From Candidatus Poribacteria bacterium (GTDB taxonomy: Bacteria; Poribacteria; WGA-4E; WGA-3G): DNA of 38,010 bases. The notes below the pieces were generated by a model. That model was not told where the DNA came from. It was given only the letters and a program-made list of their open reading frames with translations, and did not search any database. Both the position numbers and the translations under genes were made by a program. Location of the stretch: the NCBI GenBank assembly GCA_047516705.1, contig JAKZUG010000097.1:1-38010 (forward strand), read 5' to 3'. Within the stretch, counting starts at the first letter, position 1. Each line of letters starts with the position of its first letter. This document shows positions 15,012 through 23,353 of the stretch, in pieces.

Positions 15012-16694
15012 ATGAAAAACGAGGACGTGCAATTGATTGAACGGACGTTGGCGGGTGACGAATCTGCTTTCAGTACGCTCGTGCGGAAATACCAAAAACC
15101 GGTCCACGCTTTCGTACGCCGGAAAGTCGGTGATTTCCACATTGCTGAAGAAATCACGCAAGATATATTCCTCAGAGTTTACGAAAAACTGCAGACGCTG
15201 AAAAACCCGAATACGTTTGCGGGATGGCTTTATGTGATTGCCGCTCGTCAGTGTTTCGCTTGGTTTGAAAAGAAGCGGATTCCGATGGAATCATTAGATG
15301 CAATGCCGTCAGCGGAATTAGAAGAATTGGCTTATACGCAACACCGCGCTGAACAACAAAGAGAATTCGTAAGTGAACAACAACGCGAAGTCGTCGAACG
15401 TCTCCTTCAAAAGTTACCGGAGAGTGAACGTACCGTTGTAACGCTTCACTACCTTGATAGTATGACATGCGAAGATGTTAGCGAGTTTTTGGGCGTATCG
15501 CCGAACACCGTCAAGAGTCGGCTCCACCGCGCCCGCAAGCGGTTAAAGAAGGATGAACCCACAATTCGCGAGATTTGGGGTGGTTCCAAAGGAGATTTTA
15601 TTATGTCTGATAAATTGAAAGATATTCGTGGCAAGTTCGATGCATATATGGAGTGTATGAGATCTGACCCTTTATCAGGGAAGGATATGCTTATGGAAGT
15701 CAACAACGAGATTGAAGATGCACTTAAGGGTGAAATTACGCCTGAGCTGGTGCATCTTGCTGTTGATGATATATACCCGTATATGGGCAAATTCGGAATA
15801 GAAAAACGGCTATCTCTACTCCGTAAGTATATGGATGACGCGCCAGATGATACGGAGCGTTTTTGGTCGCATAAGGGATTAGTCAATAGTCTCGCTTTTC
15901 TTCGGAGAAATCGAGAAGCTATTGAGGAACAGACGCGCCTTTACCGTTGGGCATGCAAGCAGTCAGAAAAATATGTGTTAAGAACTCTTTCTAGTCTGGA
16001 GGCTGCCGGATGTTGGAAAGCGGAAGGTCGTATTGATGACTGGATTCAACTTTATAATGAGGCATCTGAACGCTTAGAGAACCCTGAAGTGAGTGGCTAC
16101 AGCCGCTGCGATTTTCTGCAAATGGGAGCAGAAGTCTTACGAAAAAATGACCGGATCGATGAGGCGCTTCTCGGAATAGAAAAGTTGGAACGTGCTAACA
16201 AAGAACAGAGACGGAACTATTATTTCCGATTCTGGTTGGCTGCGAAAACGAATCGACTTCTGTTGTATAGCAAACAGGAAGATTGGGATCGTTTCGATCA
16301 AGTCTATACGGAAGTGAACACATTTATGGAAGGAGAATTGAAACAACTGGATGCAGGTTTTCCTGTAAATCTTTACGAACTGAAGTGGCTTGCTCATGAT
16401 TTCGGTTGTTGTCTGGTGTGGTCGAAGAAGTATAACGAGGCGAAACGTGCACTACAAGTCACAGTTGATTTGGAAAATTACAATGATTATAGCCACTTCC
16501 AGCTTGCTGTGAGCATCTGGGCATCTGAGAAGAACCGAGAGAAGACTTTACACTATTTAAAAGTCGCTCAGGACTCTTATGTGGTTAGTTCCTATAATTA
16601 TCAAGATACGTACTACCCGACTTTCCTTGAAACACCCGAATTTTCGGATGTAAAGGAGGATCCAGAGTTTCTGAAAGTTCTGGGACAGCAGTAG
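15012..16694 (+). CDS. ECF-type sigma-70 family factor fused to a ~370-aa C-terminal helical (TPR-like) extension
   Basis: An SD ggaggtgg precedes the ATG. Region 2 is STLVRKYQKPVHAFVRRKVGDFHIAEEITQDIFLRVY...AGWLYVIAAR. Region 4 is LPESERTVVTLHYLDSMTCEDVSEFLGVSPNTVKSRLHRARKRLKK. A further ~370 residues of helical repeats follow. Confidence 0.85.
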   Translation: MKNEDVQLIERTLAGDESAFSTLVRKYQKPVHAFVRRKVGDFHIAEEITQDIFLRVYEKLQTLKNPNTFAGWLYVIAARQCFAWFEKKRIPMESLDAMPSAELEELAYTQHRAEQQREFVSEQQREVVERLLQKLPESERTVVTLHYLDSMTCEDVSEFLGVSPNTVKSRLHRARKRLKKDEPTIREIWGGSKGDFIMSDKLKDIRGKFDAYMECMRSDPLSGKDMLMEVNNEIEDALKGEITPELVHLAVDDIYPYMGKFGIEKRLSLLRKYMDDAPDDTERFWSHKGLVNSLAFLRRNREAIEEQTRLYRWACKQSEKYVLRTLSSLEAAGCWKAEGRIDDWIQLYNEASERLENPEVSGYSRCDFLQMGAEVLRKNDRIDEALLGIEKLERANKEQRRNYYFRFWLAAKTNRLLLYSKQEDWDRFDQVYTEVNTFMEGELKQLDAGFPVNLYELKWLAHDFGCCLVWSKKYNEAKRALQVTVDLENYNDYSHFQLAVSIWASEKNREKTLHYLKVAQDSYVVSSYNYQDTYYPTFLETPEFSDVKEDPEFLKVLGQQ

Positions 16695-16708
16695 AACGAC
16701 AAGAACGG

Positions 16709-16773
16709 GACTTACGCAAACGCCTTAGCGGCGCGCAATACATAGGGTCGCACGGAAAAATTGCGTAAGTCCT
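16709..16773. mobile_element. Short MITE-like element with the same 12-bp TIR family as 3951-4074 (ggacttacgcaa / ttgcgtaagtcc)
   Basis: The TIRs were read directly. It lies immediately downstream of the sigma-factor stop, so it could also act as a terminator hairpin. Confidence 0.55.
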
Positions 16774-16809
16774 CCTTCATTTAAGGGCACCGATCACGGA
16801 GGACGCTAA

Positions 16810-18822
16810 TTGATGCAACTACAGAAAACTTGCGCGATTGTGTTACGAATCACACTGTCACTTATCTCAATCATAAACTTAAAGACCGTAGAGGCTCAAA
16901 ATACGCAAACCGTTAAAAAAGAACTCACCGCAGTCAAAACAGATCAACCACCCACCATTGACGGTATTCTTAACGATGTCTGCTGGCAGGATGCACCGCA
17001 AGCCGTTGGTTTCACCGATCAACGCACAGAAAAACCAGCCAAAAATCAATCCATCGGTCGCCTCGTTTATACGGACAAAGCCATCTACGTCGGGTTTCAC
17101 CTCTACGATGATCTGCCGGACAAAATTGTGGCACGCCAAACCAAAGATCAGACAGGAATCTCAGGAGAAGATTGGGTTTCCTTTAGTCTTGACCCGTTCC
17201 ACACACACCAGTTCTCTGATAGAAATTTCTTCATTGTAAATCCACTCGGCACGAAATTCGCGCATCTCGCCACTGGACGCGCAGAAAAAAGTGAATGGAT
17301 CGGACTCTGGAAAACCGCCGCGCAGATTGTAGAAGACGGGTGGGTCGTAGAGATGGAAATCCCGTGGCAGATGCTGGATTACCCAGACACAACTAAACCC
17401 GTTCGGATGGGTATCAACCTTGACAGATTACAACAACGCACTGGAGAACGTTCATGGTGGTGTAATTTAGGTGTTCAAGAATTTCGAGAAAATGATGGGC
17501 ATTGGGTTGATGTGCTACCTCCGCCACGAAAACGCGAACTCAAGTTGTTGCCCTATCTGATTGGCGGCATCAGTGAAACGGATGCCAATGTAGGAGAGAC
17601 CTCTCGGTCGCGAAGAGAATATACGGCTCGCGCGGGCGGAGACCTCCGTTATGAGGTTACACCACAATTACGACTCATTGGGACAGCGAACCCCGATTTT
17701 GATAACATCGAACAAGCCGTCGAAGGTATTGATTTTTCTTACAGCGAACGCTACGTGGATGACCGGCGTCCTTTCTTTTCGGAAGGTGCCAATGTTTACA
17801 ACGTTGGAGGTCTTTTCCATTCACGACGGATAGTGGATATGGACGGCGGACTTAAACTCTTTGGGAAACTCGGGAAAAACACCTCAGTTGGCACCTTAGG
17901 TACCTATCATAGGAACAACCAGAACCTTATCCTTCAAGCCTCACAATCGCTAACGGCAACTTCTAACATCGGCGCGGCGTTTCTATCGCACCATCGGCCT
18001 GACACGGATACAAACAGTGTCGGGCACCTCTCAGGAAATGTTAGACACGGTAAGTTCTCGGCGGCACCAACGCTTACCCAAAGTTGGGCAGGAGAATCAG
18101 ATGGAAGAGCAGGAAATGTCAATTTAAAATACAATGGATCGCTTTTTGAACCGGAAGTCGCTGTATTTTTTGTGGATCCAGATTTCGTAAATAACCTTGG
18201 CTACCAACCGTTTACCGGATACCGCGGTGCGTATGTACAAGGATCCATCCGGAACGAATGGCGCGACGGATTTATCCACAGTGTCTATCTTTGGGCTGGC
18301 GCATTAGCTTCTAATACCTATGAAGGTGAAGTTTTCCGGCGCAACGTCTCTGCCTTCTCACGACTCTTGACACACAGTGATTACACGCTTTTTATTAGTT
18401 GGGATGGCGGACAATTTGAAGAATTTACTGATAGTGTCTTCAGCATTGAATTAGGCGCACGTTCATCAGATCAGTTTAACAATATTAGCGTCGGCTATAC
18501 AGGTGGTGAACAAGCGGGTGAGCGGATTCACCGTATCAACGGAAATCTGAATCTTCGCGCTTACGGCTTCACTGCAGGACTCTCCTCACGTATCCAATGG
18601 CATTTTGAAAGACGCTACCAACAGATTCTAACGCTATCGTATGACTTCAGCCCCGCCTTAAGTCTTGGCAGTCGGTTAATCTGGCAAGTAGAAGGCATCA
18701 ACATCTATTTCGCGCTGCGCCGCTCTGGCTATGCTGGCACCGACTTCTTCATCATCCTCGGCGACCCAAACGCCTTGGAATTCAAACAGCGTTTGGTGGC
18801 AAAGGTTATCCGGGCATTTTAG
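16810..18822 (+). CDS. Secreted or outer-membrane protein with an N-terminal CBM9/DOMON-like domain and a DUF5916-like beta-rich region
   Basis: The signal peptide is MMQLQKTCAIVLRITLSLISIINLKTVEA. The motif PPTIDGILNDVCWQDAP...GFHLYDD is typical of CBM9-like/DUF5916 proteins. The C-terminal two-thirds has an alternating beta pattern. Confidence 0.65.
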   Translation: MMQLQKTCAIVLRITLSLISIINLKTVEAQNTQTVKKELTAVKTDQPPTIDGILNDVCWQDAPQAVGFTDQRTEKPAKNQSIGRLVYTDKAIYVGFHLYDDLPDKIVARQTKDQTGISGEDWVSFSLDPFHTHQFSDRNFFIVNPLGTKFAHLATGRAEKSEWIGLWKTAAQIVEDGWVVEMEIPWQMLDYPDTTKPVRMGINLDRLQQRTGERSWWCNLGVQEFRENDGHWVDVLPPPRKRELKLLPYLIGGISETDANVGETSRSRREYTARAGGDLRYEVTPQLRLIGTANPDFDNIEQAVEGIDFSYSERYVDDRRPFFSEGANVYNVGGLFHSRRIVDMDGGLKLFGKLGKNTSVGTLGTYHRNNQNLILQASQSLTATSNIGAAFLSHHRPDTDTNSVGHLSGNVRHGKFSAAPTLTQSWAGESDGRAGNVNLKYNGSLFEPEVAVFFVDPDFVNNLGYQPFTGYRGAYVQGSIRNEWRDGFIHSVYLWAGALASNTYEGEVFRRNVSAFSRLLTHSDYTLFISWDGGQFEEFTDSVFSIELGARSSDQFNNISVGYTGGEQAGERIHRINGNLNLRAYGFTAGLSSRIQWHFERRYQQILTLSYDFSPALSLGSRLIWQVEGINIYFALRRSGYAGTDFFIILGDPNALEFKQRLVAKVIRAF

Positions 18823-18905
18823 GCGGATTAGGCAAAATTGTTCTGGCGAATTCGCATATCAGAATTAATTTGGTATTGAATAAAATTCTAAGAAAGGAAA
18901 GCAAA

Positions 18906-21221
18906 ATGCATTACAAAAATATCGTTAACATTTGCTCCTGTTTACTCATCTGTTTAGTTGTTTTTACACCAATAGCTCGAAGCGAGGAGGAAGAAATGAA
19001 TCCTTTAACACTTGAAGATTTACTCAAATTTAACACATTTGTTGGGAGAGTCCCTATTGATATTACTGCCGACGGAAACTGGATTGCTTACAACACGCAG
19101 AACCGTGAACAGTACGAAGGTGGTGGTGGAAACTCTGCGTATTCTAAAACGGGTGTGATGATTGAAATGGCGTACGGAACGATTTGGGTAACGAATACGC
19201 GAACGGGTGAACATCGCAACCTCACTCCGGATTGGGGATCAAACTGGGCACCAAGATGGTCTCCTGATGGAACGCTTCTTGCCTTTTTCTCGGATCGGAT
19301 GGGTAAACCTCACCTATTCATCTGGAATCGAGAGACTGACGACATGCAGGAGTTCGCATCGACAACTGTTCGGACGTTCTTTGGCTTTGAAGTGCCCAAA
19401 TGGACACCAGATAGCCGTTTTGTGCTTTTCAAACCTATTTCCTCAGCAGATCCCCCGTTCAAGGATGAATCTTTACCAGACGCATCTGAAACTTCACAAG
19501 AGACATCTTTCGTTGAAGTCTGGGACTGGCCCAAAAAACGACTTCAAAAACGAGAAGATGAATCAACACAGGAAAACGGGCAAACTAAAGGAAAGGAACG
19601 AGGAAGAGCGAATCGAGACTTGGCTATCGCTGATACTAAGACGGGTGAGACATTCTCGTTGATGAAAAGATATAATGTTAGAAGTTTCGATATTGCTCCC
19701 AGCGGGGAATATGTTGCCGTTACGGTTCACTTAGGCTCCGAAACGCCGGTTGCGCAACAACAGATATTTGACCTTTATGTCATACCGCTGCCAAAGGAGT
19801 TCAGTGATACTTCCTCCACGAAAATTGAACCCCTTGTCCGGAAAATCCGTTTTGCGTATGGGATTACTGTCAGTTGGTCGCCGGATTCAAGGTACGTTGC
19901 GTGGACAACCGGAGGTGAGGAAGGTAAGTTAGCATCAGGGAATACATACGTTGTTGACGTGGAGACAGGCATAGTCCGTAATCTCACAGAAAATCTTGAC
20001 GTTGACCTTGGACGAGAGTATCAACCGCCACTCTGGACAGCAGAAGGGGATGCTCTTCTCTGCATTGCAAATGGGGAGGTATGGAAAGTGCCTCTAAACG
20101 ATGGCGTGATACAAAACTTGACGGAAAACTTTGAGTTTTCTGTTCACGATGTATTTTATCCAAGCGAAGGGTATACACCCTTGACGGTAGACAATGCTAT
20201 CACAATAAGAGCCTCTCATAATTTTTATCGTCTGAGTCTCGCGGATGACACAATTACACTTCTGCACGAAGCCGAACATCGGAATGTCCACGCAGGCCGC
20301 TTTCGTCAAGATGTAGCCGAGGCAACCGGCGAATTTATTTACGTTGTGGAAAGTAGTCAAGAGCCACCGAATATCTGGATGAGCGATGCTACTTTTGAAT
20401 CTCCTCGGCAAATTACAGACGTTAATCCACACTTAAAAACAATAGACTTCGGCAGAAGCGAGCTTCTTGAGTGGACACTTGAAGATGGACAAACAGCTAA
20501 AGGGATCCTCGTGCTACCCTCTGAGGCATCTGAGCAAGATCCTGTGCCGATGATTGTAAGCGTCTACGCAGGGGGTATGCATTCGTTTGCCTTCAACAGG
20601 TTTGCTCACGCGGAGAACGTGGGGGGTGCCCATCCGGGTATGTTCGTTTCACGAGGCTACGCGCTTTTCTTACCTGACTTCCCTGTACAGAAGATCGAGC
20701 CATACAAACAGTTCTCGGATGTTATTCTTCCGGGTATTGACGCGGCAATCGCGACGAAAAAGGTGGATGCTCAACGGTTGGGGGGCATCGGTCACAGTTT
20801 CGGTGGATATACCGTGAATGTCCTTATCACACAAACGACGCGATTTAAAGCGGCAGTCGCTTCTGCCTCTGTGAGCAACTTAATTAGTGGGTTCCTTAAT
20901 CAACCTGATACTGGTTGGTACGAGGCTGGACAGGTCGGGATGGGTGGACCCTTATGGGAATTCCCGCAACGCTATATTGATGGTTCGCCAGTCTTCCATC
21001 TGGATAAGGTTGAAACGCCTTTGCTTCTGATTCACGGAGATCAAGATTTCATACCCTTTGAACAGGCGCAGGAAATGTTCATCGGACTCGCGCGCCTTGA
21101 AAAAGAAGTTGTACTGTTGAAATACAAGGAGGCAGACCACTGGCCTGGCTTCTGGTCAAACGAAAAACTTGCCGATTATTGGGAGCGTGTCCTAAACGGG
21201 TTCGACGAATATCTGAAATAA
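18906..21221 (+). CDS. S9 family serine peptidase (prolyl oligopeptidase / acylaminoacyl-peptidase-like) with an N-terminal beta-propeller
   Basis: The ATG at 18906 follows aaggaaag (the track start at 18870 is a TTG). PD40-like blades include WAPRWSPDGTLLAFFSDR and WSPDSRYVAW. The catalytic triad context is GGIGHSFGGY, LLIHGDQDF and EADHW. Confidence 0.85.
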   Translation: MHYKNIVNICSCLLICLVVFTPIARSEEEEMNPLTLEDLLKFNTFVGRVPIDITADGNWIAYNTQNREQYEGGGGNSAYSKTGVMIEMAYGTIWVTNTRTGEHRNLTPDWGSNWAPRWSPDGTLLAFFSDRMGKPHLFIWNRETDDMQEFASTTVRTFFGFEVPKWTPDSRFVLFKPISSADPPFKDESLPDASETSQETSFVEVWDWPKKRLQKREDESTQENGQTKGKERGRANRDLAIADTKTGETFSLMKRYNVRSFDIAPSGEYVAVTVHLGSETPVAQQQIFDLYVIPLPKEFSDTSSTKIEPLVRKIRFAYGITVSWSPDSRYVAWTTGGEEGKLASGNTYVVDVETGIVRNLTENLDVDLGREYQPPLWTAEGDALLCIANGEVWKVPLNDGVIQNLTENFEFSVHDVFYPSEGYTPLTVDNAITIRASHNFYRLSLADDTITLLHEAEHRNVHAGRFRQDVAEATGEFIYVVESSQEPPNIWMSDATFESPRQITDVNPHLKTIDFGRSELLEWTLEDGQTAKGILVLPSEASEQDPVPMIVSVYAGGMHSFAFNRFAHAENVGGAHPGMFVSRGYALFLPDFPVQKIEPYKQFSDVILPGIDAAIATKKVDAQRLGGIGHSFGGYTVNVLITQTTRFKAAVASASVSNLISGFLNQPDTGWYEAGQVGMGGPLWEFPQRYIDGSPVFHLDKVETPLLLIHGDQDFIPFEQAQEMFIGLARLEKEVVLLKYKEADHWPGFWSNEKLADYWERVLNGFDEYLK

Positions 21222-21346
21222 CATGAGTTAGGCGTAAGCACGTATGGCATTCGGCAAGATTGAACAGAGCATGAAATAGCACACGCATCTGCCCAGAAAC
21301 CTGTGTATGTTCATAAGGATACCTGAGGTGTCCCGAAATCCGAGTG

Positions 21347-21400
21347 AACCCAACGTTTCATAGTACCGCATCGGTGAGTGATAGTGTTGGGTTTCTTTTT
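21347..21400 (+). terminator. Possible rho-independent terminator downstream of the peptidase gene (8-bp stem, long loop, T-run)
   Basis: AACCCAAC (21347-21354) pairs with GTTGGGTT (21386-21393) and is followed by tctttttgttt. The 31-nt loop is atypically long. Confidence 0.35.
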
Positions 21401-21445
21401 GTTTAATCCATAGGTGTCAATTTAATAAAAAATGATAGCCTCGGT

Positions 21446-21684
21446 CCCCAGGCCCGGTAGGTGCGGTTTTGCGGCGTACTCGTCCAAATGCGATCTGCAT
21501 TCTAACCGCACCGGATTTTAGGCACAAACCTTATATCCCCTAAAACGCCTCTTGAGCCCCAGAGGGGCGGCATCTGTGTAGAAACATGTATTAATAAAAA
21601 AGAAGCCCAGAGGGGCGGCATCTGTGTAGAAGCGCGTATCACATAAAAGTCAGGTTCCCCAGAGGGGCGGCATTTGAAGATAAC
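21446..21684. repeat. Composite REP array: a long-loop REP (21446-21514; arms 21460-21468 and 21504-21512) followed by three copies of the cccagaggggcggcat... module (21554-21585, 21604-21633, 21657-21684)
   Basis: Read directly. The 35-nt loop ttttgcggcgtactcgtccaaatgcgatctgcattct recurs at 4595-4687 (interrupted) and 32092-32131. Confidence 0.85.
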
Positions 21685-21854
21685 TACAAAATGCTGTGAA
21701 AAATCCCTAAATTAACACCCATGTATCACTTCTCTCAAAACCCCAATGTAGAGGTGATACCATTTAGGAGGCTTGATAACTTAAATTCTCTCTTAGACAA
21801 CAACCCATACCAACTACATTCCATCCATCAGCAAAATGGGGATAAGTGGGGAAA

Positions 21855-21976
21855 CAGAGTCATTCAGTTCTCCTTTAGGAGGAATCTTTGAATGTTCCAA
21901 AACCTTCTGTAGGAGCGATCTCCGAATCGCGACTGCTCCGATAGAAACGACGAAAACCGAAAACTGAATGGCTCTG
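21855..21976. mobile_element. 122-bp MITE-like element with 15-bp TIRs (cagagtcattcagtt / aactgaatggctctg) around a type-2 REP (tGTAGGAGCGATctccgaATCGCgact, 21908-21934)
   Basis: The TIRs match at 14 of 15 positions as a reverse complement. Related left ends lie at 24207-24225 and 24363-24380. Confidence 0.55.
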
Positions 21977-22038
21977 GTGTGGAAGAAATCTAATTTGACA
22001 TTGGCGGGTGAGCGTGGTACACTCTTAATCCTAAATTC

Positions 22039-22068
22039 TGGACAATTTTTTTATGGCTCTCATATAAT
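22039..22068 (+). promoter_or_regulatory. Orphan near-consensus sigma70 promoter (TGGACA-N18-TATAAT) with no ORF of 60 aa or more for about 750 nt downstream. A second candidate lies at 21995-22023 (TTGACA-N17-TACACT).
   Basis: The hexamers were read directly. A weak hairpin plus T-run at 22322-22350 could close a ~280-nt transcript. Confidence 0.35.
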
Positions 22069-22187
22069 AGATTGGATTTAACAGAGACACCTTTGGCATC
22101 AATATAAGATTCCCTATACACCTGTCACCCCGCTGGCGAAATCTCATTCTTATTTCTATAGGACGTACGCAATTTATCAAATACCTC

Positions 22188-22215
22188 TTGTAGGAGGGAA
22201 CTCCGATTCCCGACT
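22188..22215. repeat. Type-2 REP variant with a compensated stem (ttGTAGGAGGGAActccgaTTCCCgact)
   Basis: It has the same GTAGGAG prefix, ctccga loop and gact suffix as 21908-21934 and 36160-36186, but the stem is GGGAA/TTCCC instead of GCGAT/ATCGC. Confidence 0.75.
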
Positions 22216-22402
22216 TTGCTAATGTTCACACTGCCAACCCACTTAAGCGGTCTTTGCACACACCTCCGCCGACTGTGTACACTCGCTATCTGTACTGCAC
22301 GCGCTTACGGATTTTCTCAAAACACGATTCAACGTGTCGTCTGTTTTTTACTATCTTGGAAAAAATCTTTCGGATAACGCCTAAAAATGTCTTTTGGAAA
22401 CA

Positions 22403-22529
22403 TTATAGTAAAATCTAAAAATACTTTGACACTTCCACAGGCAATCCACCCCGTTCACCGCATTGCTGGCGAGGTTTCCTAACCTCGCCACATCAGACAG
22501 TGTAAACTTAATTGTAGGCTTTACTATAA
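22403..22529. mobile_element. 127-bp MITE-like element with TIRs ttatagtaaa / tttactataa, an internal TTGACAC box and an internal REP hairpin (22466-22490)
   Basis: A second copy lies at 32157-32290, sharing the TIRs, (c/g)ttgacacttc and ctggcgRggtt-loop-aaccYcgcc. Confidence 0.7.
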
Positions 22530-22819
22530 CACTCTCAGAAATCATGTAATCGACGACTTATCGCGCCTTTGGAACCCGACACTCGCTGAACAACCTCTAA
22601 AAAATGCAAATTTATCTAATTTTTCCCCAGAATGCACGTTTTCTACCGCAAAATTGTGTCTTTAATAGCAGGAAAGATATATTCCGCGTTTTTAAGCGGA
22701 TCCTTTAATTCATTTTTGAGCGTGGAGAGTTTGTCTGGGCTCAAACGCTTTGGTAACCGGTGTCTATTAAAAAGGAGGTTTTGTTTATGATATTTTGATG
22801 CCATTTCACCGCCTTTATT

Positions 22820-23353
22820 TTGCTTTTCGCAATCGCACCCCTTGGGTGTTCTATTCTCTATAAAGGAGAGAATAGGTTGGTCAGAAAACTCGATGCCATT
22901 ATTCTCACATATGATGATCTCCTGACAATGCGACTAACGGAGATTAACAACATCGGTAGATCCCGAATGGAATCTTACCGCATCGGTGGTCCCCCAAATG
23001 TTATCATAGGATTCAAGCAGCAGTGGGATAGATATCGACTAACTGTTCGATATTGGTTATATGATTCTGGGTCTACTGCTAAAAAAGGAGGGGCGGAAGG
23101 GCATCCATGGACTTTTGCAGCGTATGCGAACTTTCACCCTGAGCTAAATCCTGAGCATGTCATTGGAGATGCGACATGGCGTGTCATCCCCAGGAGACGG
23201 AGGGAAAACGATATGACTGACCTCTGGTTTGTGAAAAACAATGTCCTGGTCCACGTCAGGGCAAGTATACACCCGCCAAATGAACTGCAGGTTGCCCGAG
23301 ACATTGCCCGAAAGATTGAAACCAAAATTAACGCAGTATTGGAGAAACAATGA
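22820..23353 (+). CDS. Hypothetical lipoprotein, paralogue 1 of a tandem pair. The N-terminal signal peptide appears truncated or frameshifted.
   Basis: 177-aa ORF starting at a TTG, with a lipobox-like APLGC only 10 residues in. By eye it is about 45% identical to the downstream gene (VIGDATWR, LWFVKNN, ARKIE(T/A)KINAVL). Confidence 0.6.
   Translation: MLFAIAPLGCSILYKGENRLVRKLDAIILTYDDLLTMRLTEINNIGRSRMESYRIGGPPNVIIGFKQQWDRYRLTVRYWLYDSGSTAKKGGAEGHPWTFAAYANFHPELNPEHVIGDATWRVIPRRRRENDMTDLWFVKNNVLVHVRASIHPPNELQVARDIARKIETKINAVLEKQ

Noticed and set aside
15449-15886. A 145-aa antisense ORF within the ECF sigma gene, along with similar antisense ORFs in other long genes
   Set aside because: It lies wholly inside a well-supported sense CDS and has no start context or motifs.
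21554-21684. Three evenly spaced copies of cccagaggggcggcat(c/t)tg... with a ~47-54-bp period, which look superficially like a mini CRISPR array
   Set aside because: The 'spacers' are only about 21-28 nt. The third repeat is degenerate. The same repeat occurs singly or in pairs at other loci (3174-3203, 4808-4837, 29685-29763) as part of a larger composite element. No cas genes or leader are present, so this is a dispersed REP-type module and not a CRISPR array.
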